A DNA stretch of 58,702 nt, the filler included, from Gonapodya sp. JEL0774 (Eukaryota): assembly GCA_027604505.1 (NCBI GenBank). It is 2 parts of 2 records of this genome, joined end to end, with 100 filler letters (N's around TTAATTAATTAA, not from the genome) between each part and the next. Parts side by side here need not be neighbours in the genome. Positions count along the whole stretch, not along the records: positions 29,501 to 58,702 come from JADIIX010000209.1; 1 more part is not named here. One strand, written 5' to 3'. Under the pieces are notes generated by a model that was not told the DNA's origin, did not search any database, and saw only the letters and a list, made by a program, of their open reading frames with translations. A program made the translations under genes and the position numbers. Shown piece by piece: positions 48,959 through 58,702 of the stretch; within the stretch, counting starts at the first letter, position 1, and each line of letters begins with the position of its first letter.

Positions 48959-49675
48959 TTACAAGTGGTTGACTGTTGCGTACCTATAAACCACATTCAC
49001 AAGTTGGAAGTTCTTCGACCAAACCACACCTCATCCACAACACCGCCCTGAACTTATCCAACTTTGATGGAGGACTCAATCTGCTTGGATAAAACAATCG
49101 AACACCGACCTTACTGTATTGGTACAGACAACTACGTAATATGTTCAACTAATAGTCGCATTAGTTCAACCTCTATCCTCATCTCTCATCTATGATATGA
49201 TCGCTCTTCTACCATTAGTGCGCGCTTGATTGACACGACGATTGTCACCGGATTACGGGGTGAAGCCTTCAACTATTCAAAAGACACACTCTTGGGATCC
49301 GGACGTGGCTTGTAGAACCATAAATCTGCCATCAAGACCCCACCAATCGTGCCCGCGCGTGGAGGCAGGGGACGGGTTCAGGAGGTTGTGGGACTATCAA
49401 CTGGAGAAAAGTGTTTTGGAAAACCTACTTTTATAGACACGCCGGAAGGACCGTGCACATCTACACATCAATACAAAATAATGTTGAGTGGATATTAAGC
49501 CATTGAGCTTGGTAGGGTTCAGTTAACCTAATTGTATCAGCCTATCCCAACGGTCAGCAAACAGCTTTGGACTTTGCACCACAATCTTTCAAGACTGGCA
49601 CCCTTTTTGGGAGAGGCAAGAAACCCAGCCTGCCCTTGCAAGTCGCACTCATCACAGCACTGCTGTACCAGCCTC

Positions 49676-52351
49676 TCAAATGCCCTCAACAACTTTGTAG
49701 CACACTAATCCACACACTGGCAATCCAGTTTTGCCCGCTGAGAACTTCTTTGAGTTTGTACACCCCGGTGATGCGCATAAGACTGGAACAGGGTATCTGA
49801 TAAACATGTTGAACTTGAAAAGGAGCTTGGGCATGCAGCAACCGGCTTAAAACTCACCCATTCCCCTTCCCCCACACCAGACCCTTGCCAAGCTCCATGC
49901 CTCTCGGAATGGAAACCCACCTTTCCACTTTCCGTATCCCTGTGTCTGGCACCTCAACTGCCCTCTCCACCACTCTCACGGCAGTTGGCTCAGGAATGTC
50001 CGGTACATCCTGTGTCTCAAAGAAATCATTAAATATCCAGAGAGGGGGCGGGCTGTTTTCAGGTAACGGAGGGATAATTGCACTTGACGATGACTCACTG
50101 GGTCGTCCGAAGATGGCAAAGCCATTACGGCTCCAGTAGTGGAGTACGACTGACTCGGGCGAACAGGCTTGCCCTGGCGACGAAGCAGTTTCGCAATGGT
50201 GGCTTGCTTATGTGTTGTTGATGTTGGTCAGTAACTCACCCAAAGACTTTGAGATCTTCACGAACAACATTTCAAACAGATACTTACCTTCAGCTCCTCC
50301 GCCCTCCTTTCTCCGTGCATTTTCCTCCTTTTTGCGTTTTCTGCCTTTCGCAGGGCTGCCTCCTCTTCTGTCAGAGTACGTCTAGCACGATTTGAGGGCA
50401 ATACTGCCGACCACCGCGAATACATTGTGAATTAAATATACCCCTTGCTTTCGGGAAGATGCAAGCAAGAATCGAGCGAACACTTACTGTACTCCACCAC
50501 TTGCTCCTCTGCTAATCCTTGATCCCTCCTCCTCCTCGCCGCAACCCCAATCACCTCTTCCTCCTCCTCCTCCCCATCTTCTATTTGTATATCTGTAACC
50601 GTGCGCTTCCCAAGTCCTCCGGCCACGGCACCACGTCCCCGTTTCGCTCTCCCACCACGCGGACCTCCCCTACGCCGGGCAGCGGTAGGCTCAGGCTCCA
50701 CTGAGACATCTGAAATGTCATCATCATCTTCGTCTTCGTCTTCAGAGGGCGATGGGGTGGGAGACGGGGACGCGTACTCCCGTTCGTCCACGTCCGGAAG
50801 AGCCGAGACGGAAACGGATTCATCAACTTCCATACCGTCTACTTGGTCTTCGTCCTCGTCTAGCTCATATTCGCCATTAGCCGGTACCACTGAGGTTTCA
50901 CTACGACCGCTTGTTTTCGGGGCGGATTTTGGAGCCAGTTTTGAATCCTTTTCCGCTCCCACGTCCACGATTTCAATCTCACTGCTTCCTAGATCGAGGT
51001 CGCTTTCGCTGAGGTCAATCTCGCTTTCACTGTTCTCATCTACCAGACTGCTGGACGGGGGAGGCGGGGCGCTAACATGCGTTGCGTCCCAACTACGAGC
51101 AGCGCGGGAAGGAGTTTGGGCTCGCCCTCGACGTGCTATCCCACCTCGGTTTGGATAAGCTGCGACTGCGTGAGTCTGCTCGGAATCAACGGAATTGAGC
51201 GCAACGGGCACTTCTTTGTCTGGTTTCGCGACTGCGGAGCTGTGGCGGGCCGAAACTCGTCTCACAGGTGCTTCCTCCTCCTCATCGTCGTCATTTGAAT
51301 CCGAGAACGCTGCTTCATCGTCCTCCTCTCCGCTGTCATCTTCCTCCTCCACATCTACGTCTACGTCCGCACCTTCGCTCTCGTCTTCATCAGATTCCTC
51401 TATAACACGGCGTTTAGAGTTCGGCTTCTTCACGATTGCACTCCCCTTTGCTGCATTGGGATGATTCACTTCCGGTGCTTTATGCGAAACTTCTGGAGCT
51501 TGGTCGATCTTCCCGTAGGATTTGAATTGTGGCGTTGGAAGTGAAGCAGGAGTCGGTGAGTTTCGACGAGATTCACGAGGTAAGGACGGTGGACGAGGTG
51601 GAGACGGAGAGCGAGGGCGGTGCCGCTGGCGCTCCGTTGGTGGTGGTCGAGAGTTCGCAAAACGGGGAGCTTGGGGCGTAGCGGTGGTGGGTCCGGAGCG
51701 GTCCGATGACCTCTCGACGACGCGGATTCGGGAGTCGGAGGACGTATTGGGGGTGGCGGCGGAGGGAGAGCGAGAGTGAGAGCGAGGTGGGCGATAGGTT
51801 GAAAAGGAAGAGTGTGGCGACGGAGGGCGTCGAGGAAATCGGCCTTGCGGCTCAGGCGCTACCGGGGTTTCTGGAGCAGAGACAGCGGGCGGTCGTGGAG
51901 CCTTCTTGAAGGAGGGAAGCGGGAGGTGGGATGATCTGAGGGGTATGACGGGGTGCGTTGGAGTCTGACTTGGTGTTGCTTGTGTTCGGCGCAGCAGAGG
52001 TGGGGTTGTTGTTGATGCTGCTGTCACGACAACGTTTGACTGGCCCCGACTTCCTTGCAAGTGGCGCCTCTGGCCTCCGCCCGCCTCCTCCCCTTCATCG
52101 GAGTCCTCTACAACGTGTCCCCGCCTAATTCGAGCCGTACCTGCAGTGCCATTTCGCTGCGAAGGTCTCCCTTTCTCCGGCTGGTGGTCGCGCTGAATTC
52201 CTCGCGGTTTCGTTTTCTCTGTCTGTATCTCGCGCTCTCGCCTAGACACAGCCCCGCCCTCAGCTGGCCCTGTCTTTTCTTTTTGCTGCCGCCGCCGCCG
52301 CCTTGCATCTGCCGTAAGAACCCCATCACTCTCATCACTTGAATTACCCAT
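49676..52351 (-). CDS. IES2: INO80 complex subunit Ies2/INO80B (PAPA-1 domain + HIT-type zinc finger) with long disordered N-terminus
   Basis: LTEEEAALRKAENAKRRK..EELK|QATIAKLLRRQ; terminal exon CASPGCTNSKKFSAGKTGLPVCGLVCYK. Confidence 0.8.
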
Positions 52352-52821
52352 CGCTGCGTTTTCAATATGGCTCCCGTAGCTCAATGCTGCCAGCTACCGC
52401 CAAATTAAATAGTTGATTCGATAGATGCGCCAGCAATTGGAAGGAATCCGAGCAGAAAAGACAAGTTGGACTACTGTGAGGACGACTGTAACATCCGATC
52501 AAGGACTAACATATTGCCACATATGAGGACAAATCAATATCACGTCCACAAACTAGATGCATTTTGAAAAAAATACAACTGAAGCGCTAGAACTGTGCAG
52601 TACGAAGGTTTTGGCGAGGAGAGAACCAGCAATACTATTCGCTTGTCTCGTCTTGCCTCTGTGCTCTTTCTGCAAAGCTTATGCCTTGCTGAAAATTTGA
52701 TGAGCAAATTAGAGTAAAAGCAAATGCGCTTGTGGAGTGAGCGCTCGTAACAAGAATTGAGACTGCTGCGCACCAGACACTTGCCATTCTGCATATTATT
52801 GCATCGCCAAACACACTCGAC

Positions 52822-55274
52822 ATGTTTCGCCGTTCCCAAGGAATCACGGGCAGCAACACACTGCCGCTCGGTAAACCTCGTCGTGCATTCAATACAGACC
52901 AACCTCCTCCTCCTGACGACGAGTACGGGACGCCACCACCACCACCACCTTCTGGTGGATACGAACACGGAGGCTACCAACAGCCACCGCCGCCCCCTCC
53001 ACCGATAGATGGCTACTACAATGGATCCGACACCGCGAGCAGAGAAGGCACCCCTGTGATTGAAAGAAAGAGACCTCGGGACGATGGGTCGGACAGGGGA
53101 ACACCAGAGCCGGACAGTGGGAGGAAGGCCGAACCACAGGCTACAGGTGATTGAGAGGAAGAGGCCTTGTGAAGGAGGAAGCTATCGACGTGCTCTGAAG
53201 AGAACTGAGTACAATTTCGATGCTGCAAAGGCACTGGGCAACAGGACTTTTCACACCGGATGAACTGCATGGGTGGACGAGACGTACTAACCGAATACTA
53301 ACGCACAACTGTGCAAGGCGTTGCCGTGTTTTCTGTCGCGAGTTCTTTTCCTAACGCTTTTTTTCAGCGACCATCGCCGCGTCACCTTGCGTCGTTACTA
53401 ACCGTCGGGCAACCGCTCTCCCTTCGTAAACCCTAATCATTCCCCCCCTTTTTATAGCTAGAGGCAGGGCCCCGCATCGCAAGAAGAACCGTTGGGGTGA
53501 TCCCGAAGTCAAAGTTAATATTCCCGGCCTACCAACCGCACTTCCAGGAGGTATGAGTGCGGAGCAAGCAGAGATGTACGCAAGTGAGTAAAATTTTTTT
53601 AGTCACTTTGTATTATGACCTTTTCTTATGGTTTCATGTTGATTGTTGTTCCCGTTGTGCTGCCGACTTACGGTCATCATTTTTGTCCCCCCGGACGCTT
53701 TCATCGCAATATTTGTGCTGATTAGTCCACCTCCGTCTTGAGGAGATTGGTCGCAAACTGCGAACGGGCGAAGTTGTGCCACCGGAATCCGAACGGTGAG
53801 TTCCCTCTGTGGTCGCGTGGGTTTGCATTCTCTGCTTCTCCTTCCTCACGATTGTCGGCCTTGTTCTCCTACACCGTGTTGGCTCTAGCTCACCATCTCC
53901 TCCGCCCACGTACGGTGCCGATGGCAAGCGTTCCAACACTCGCGAAGTACGTTACAAAAAGAAATATGAAGACGAGAGGCACAAGCTCGTGGAGCGTGCT
54001 TCGAAACTCGACCCTTCTTGGAGGCCTCCTGCAGACTACAAGAAGCCAACCAAGATGCAGGACAAGGTGCGTTGTTGAGCGGGAGCTGGAGACTTGAGAA
54101 GCAACTGCCTAGAACTGAAACGTGCGTTGCTTCAGGTTTGGATTCCCGCCCGTGAGTTCCCGGAAATTAATTTCATAGGCCTCCTCATCGGCCCTCGAGG
54201 CAACACCCTCAAGAAGCTTGAGGCTGACACCGGCGCCAAAGTGTCCATTCGCGGCAAAGGATCCGTCAAGGAAGGACGGAGCAGGGCGGACGGTGGACTG
54301 GCACCAGGAGAGGAAGAAGAGCTTCACTGCTTGATCACAGCAGACTCTGAGGAGAAGGTCGCCAAGGCGGTGAAATTGATTGAGAAAACAATCGAAACCG
54401 CAGCATCAGTGCCGGAAGGGCAAAACGAACTCAAGCGCCTTCAGTTGAGGCAGCTGGCGGAGTTAAACGGCACGTTGCGAGATGACGAGAACCAGATATG
54501 TCAGAACTGTGGTGGAATGTGAGTGCCCAACTCCCTTTGCCATTATCCTACTTTGTTTTGTAGCACCTCCTGATTTCATCTCACAATCTGTTCACCACGT
54601 CTGCTTTCAGTGGTCACCGCAAGTATGACTGCCCTGAGACTAAAAATGTCACTATCAACCTCATTTGTCGCATATGCAATAACGCTGGTCACATCGCGCG
54701 GGATTGCATGCACAAGGATGATCCGGCGTTCCAACAAGAAGCTCGTGAACGTGAAAAAGAGCTGGACTCCGAGTATTCGAAGTTCATGACAGAACTATCT
54801 GGGCCGGGCACTGGTGGAGCCGGTGGGTCCGGTGGAACATCAAAGCCAAGCCTGCCGTGGGCAAATCAAGGAGGGTCGGCGCTGCCCTGGAAACAGGCTG
54901 CCGGGCCCGCTGTTGGCGGGATGGCCCCACCTACTTTCGGTATTGAGGCTCCGCCGCCGGGAATGAGCGCTCCTGGAATGCCGCCTGGCATGCCAGGGTA
55001 CTGGGGAAGTGCACCCGCTATGCCGCCTCCACCAGGTATGGGAGTTCCTGGCGGCTATGGTGCATCGTGGGGTGCGCCCCCGCCTCCTCCCCCAAGCTTC
55101 CAGGTAGAGTTCCCATAAGTCATGTTGACGGAAGGAAGTAATTGATATTTACTGTCACTATCAACTTCCCACCAGCCTGCGCCTCCCCCGCCTTCATTTG
55201 CACCTCCACCGCCGCCTCCGAGCTTTCAACCACCACCGCCTCCGGCGGATCTTCCGCCGCCTCCGCCCTTGTAA
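52822..55274 (+). CDS. MSL5: Branchpoint-bridging protein / splicing factor 1 (ULM, KH-QUA2, two zinc knuckles, Pro-rich tail)
   Basis: [94 protein letters not shown]. Confidence 0.96.
53285..53402 (+). promoter_or_regulatory. Intronic branchpoint-motif cluster (TACTAAC x3, TCCTAAC x1) with alternative 3' splice site in MSL5/SF1 intron 1
   Basis: TACTAAC at 53285, 53296, 53396; TCCTAAC-T7-CAG ending 53367. Confidence 0.75.
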
Positions 55275-55579
55275 TAATCTTACGCTTGCAAGAGAAAAAA
55301 TTTAGATTTCGAGAGATGTTGAGGGTGTGCGAGATGGGTGCGTCCCCTGATGATGCAGTCTTTCGCCTTAAGGGTTTGCGTTCCATGTCCATAATAAAAA
55401 GTTTGCGACGACACGCGCTCCTGCTGGCCAACGACCTGTTACATTCTCGTCCTGCTGTGTTGCGTCATGCCTTGTGATCTGCATGACTGAAAGTTGCACA
55501 CCAATCTGTTTGTTTCAAAAGCTCCGTATAAATTCACAATTGTGCAGCACGAAGTTGGAGAAAGGAACACTAAGCTAGA

Positions 55580-58123
55580 TCAATACACTCCAGCGATACT
55601 GTCGCCGAGAGGATACATAATTGAATATTGCACTCTCAGTAGAGAACTTTTCCCAGGACCAATACGAAGCACCCACTGCCAAACACGTGAAATTTCGCGG
55701 TAAAAACGATAGCAAGAAGAATGCTCTATAATCTCACCTCCAAGCAATTTGTGTCGACATTCATTCTTGACTGGACATCACCAATACGAAGCTCGGCATC
55801 CTCATCCCTGGTGACGAGGGGGTTTCCGTCCGAACCTTTCTTTGTCAGCCAGCGGCGCTCATCTGGAGTGCTACCTGCGGTGACTTGGCTTGGCTGCGAA
55901 GGTTCAACTGAAGGCAGAGGACTTTTGTAGAAGTGGAATCTCTCAATTCAAGACGTTTCACTCACGCAAAGTTACTTTGAGCCGCTCATCTCCACTCCAT
56001 GGAATGGGTTCCACAACAACGATGCTCGCGTCAGTCTTTTTGGTATTGCGGATCTCAATCACTTGAGAGTACTTCCATGTCGTGGACTTGGAAATGAGTC
56101 CAGAGGTCTCGCTCGTTTTCACGATGGGACGCCTACAAAATCCAAATATGAGAAAGAATCTTTACACTAGAGGAGTTCGGTAATGCACCTGGTAATACGG
56201 ATGGAAGGGTCGACGCCGAGAGAAGCCTCGAAGGTCTCCTGCGCTGACACATTCTTTATTGTTGATTTGGCCACGAAGTTCTGCAGCAGGTCGACAAAAA
56301 TTGAATAAAAGAAGTCTTTCTCACAGCAGTAGGACAGGTTTCGTTCACTCACGTTGTCGAGGAATATACTCGCTGGGCCGCGCAGAAGCGCATAATCGGA
56401 GCTGTTTACCACTTTCGCTTTCAAGTACGCATACGCGGCACTCTTGGGATACGAAAAGTGCAAGAACTTGGTCTCAAGCTTGATGATGGCGACAGTGACT
56501 TTGTGCATGACCTGAAGACGTGGGCAGGTGATGATCAAACGAACACGTCCAGTCCAACGATACTTCCCCCCGCCCTCACATTATCACTTGGTACAGTCGT
56601 CCTGGCGGCTATCTGATATGTTTCAGTCGTTATACCACCTTCGACTCTTGCCACCGCGTTGGACATTTGCTGCATGTACGGAGATTGCGGCGCTCCAAAA
56701 GAGGCTGCAGTTTGGTAGGCTGTCCCAGGCGCCGATCCAAATCCAGCCCCCGTCGCTGATCCAAATGCAGCCGTCGAGGGTCGTGGTACGGATGGTGGGT
56801 AGGTTGGGGGGGGACTCGGTGCAGACATAAGTGTGACTGTCCACTTGGTCGGTTCTGGCGCACTGCCACGGAGAAAGACGAGATTGTGATTGTTGAGGTT
56901 ATCACAAAGCAACTAGAAGTGATAAAAAGCACTCACTCTCCTCCAAGGGCAGGGGATGCAGTGCTGAGAGAGAGTTGAGCTTGCGGAATAAGTTACGGTC
57001 AGTTGAACGGTGAAGGCTGCGACCTTCAAGCGCCTCCATCACTTTCTGAATCCATCTCACCATTGTTCCAGTCTTCTCCGGTCGACTGCTGGATCTCTGC
57101 ACGGTAGTGTATCTAAGAACAAGACAAAATGTTGAAATGAGGGGCTGAAAAGTGGGACTTCCGGACGTCCTCCATGGACAAACCTTCAATATTTTTTCGT
57201 CGATACTCGAAACGCGAATATCGTACTTGGGCTTCCATGCTGCATGTATATACGAAGCTTGATGAAAGTTGCTAACGTCAAACTTCGTCAAGCGCAACTC
57301 ACATGCGTTGAAAACAACATAGGTGACAGAAAGCTCCGCCTCCACCGAGGCCTCTGCCTCAAGGACTACAGTTATGGTGTTTGTGTGTTCCTGCGCCGCC
57401 CTTCCAAATCCGCCGAATCCAACGGCGGCCTTACGCGCTGTTGCTTTCTCAAGGTTTTTGCGAGCTGCCTCGATCTCCCTTTCGATGTCTTTCACTGCCA
57501 GTTGCAGTGAGTTCAACTTTTCATCGAATGCTGCGGCTTTTGACCCGAAGAACTCGAGGTAGGAGTCGAGGTCCACAAGAGCGTCTTGGGCGAAGGGGCG
57601 AAACACGGTAGATGGGGCAGTATCGAGGGGCGACTCCAGTTTTCGTTTCGCAGGCTTGACACCTTCGCTACCGTATGTTTCTGGGGGCATGATTGAAGAA
57701 AGGTAAGGCGGCCGTGTGGTGATGGTGATTCAGCACCCCTGACGTACCCAAGAGCTGCATTTGCTTCGTGACACGGAGTCCTTCGGCCTCCAGGACGGAT
57801 TTCTTGTTCTCAAGTTCTGTGATCTTTTTCGTGAAGCCGGCCGCCACAGTATCAGTGGTGTCGTCATCCGACAACGAGGTGGCATGATACTGGGTCGCGT
57901 ATGTAACGTCTAGGATTGTACAGCCTTTGGCATGACCTTCGACTCTAATGGAGTCTGAAACTAGATCCACCACGCCAGTCATCACGACCTCCAACTGGCC
58001 GGGTTCAGAGATCTTGAGTCCTCGAAATATCCTTTTAACTTCTGCTCGATCGGTGAAGACCACAACAGAATCCACGAAGCTATCTTTTTTCACGTCGAGC
58101 TCCAGTTTCTTAGATTCGACCAT
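55580..58123 (-). CDS. DUF4140/DUF4139 (mucoidy inhibitor MuiA-like) protein, multi-exon
   Basis: VDSVVVFTDRAEVKR, DSIRVEG, YVVFNA.WKPKYDIR, PKSAAYAYLKAKVVNSSDYALLRGPASIFLDN, LGVDPSIRI; stop TGA 55580-55582. Confidence 0.85.
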
Positions 58124-58652
58124 GTGAGCTTTGGATTGGATATCTAGTCGAGGCGGATGAGCGGATGAGCGCTGCACACGACCTCCCTCGAGCCATCATC
58201 ACTCACCGTAATTTCTAGGGAAATGTGATACGAGTAGGAGATGGGATTTATGGAAGTCGGGAAATTTCGAGTGCTCAGGGCTGATTTGAAACTGTGGGCA
58301 AATGAGTGAATCTTTCGACCTGTGGCCACTCCGCAGTACAGCGACCCAGCACTGAAAATGACACATCTGGCATCATTACACAGCACTACAGGATTCCGCA
58401 CTCCGCGTCATACGATTACCACAGGTTCATTCAACCACCTCGCGACGTGAACGGAACCCATCTAGAAACGAACCTGAAACGGACAGTGATATATGCAACA
58501 CACTCCATCTATAATACACACTCAACCGGGCAGTCCCAGATGAAGACACCTATCAAAAATGAAAAGGGTAAAATTGAGATCCTGTAGTATCACACTAAAT
58601 GCTCAGCTCAAACTTTCTGTCCTGGCTTGATCAGGATGAGCGTGCCGCTATC

Positions 58653-58702
58653 GGGGGAGGGGGGGGGGGGGGGGGGGTTGCGGGGCCGGGGGGGGAGACG
58701 GG
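58653..58702 (+). repeat. Poly-G low-complexity tract at window end
   Basis: Long G runs read directly. Confidence 0.8.

Noticed and set aside
49200..49500. Intergenic stretch inspected for snRNA/tRNA
   Set aside because: No recognisable Sm site, cloverleaf or A/B boxes

Overview
Eukaryotic, intron-rich genomic DNA (short GT..AG introns, compact intergenic spacers) with fungal-type genes. An early-diverging zoosporic fungus is inferred from gene content (e.g. a secreted GH28 polygalacturonase; Gonapodya-like, unverified). About 21 protein-coding genes can be reconstructed by eye: a low-complexity protein, an intronless phage/bacterial-type macrodomain-like gene (A1S_2505-like), a pseudouridine glycosidase-kinase fusion, a hotdog thioesterase, an old-yellow-enzyme oxidoreductase, ERI1, a PH protein, a RING-H2 ligase, METTL25-like, a bacterial-type LOG protein, GPR89, polygalacturonase, PDK/BCKDK, a Baeyer-Villiger monooxygenase, an ankyrin/SH3 protein, two degenerate glycosyltransferase-like type II membrane proteins, IES2/INO80B, SF1/BBP (MSL5) and a DUF4139/4140 protein. 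A gene-poor zone at about 26.6-33 kb holds tandem repeats, assembly gaps and a solitary 5S rRNA gene. The most striking signal is a cluster of three perfect TACTAAC branchpoint motifs plus a poison (PTC-generating) alternative 3' splice site in intron 1 of the branchpoint-binding protein gene itself, suggesting an autoregulatory splicing/NMD circuit. Gene boundaries are manual splice models, and family calls come from recalled motifs rather than database searches.
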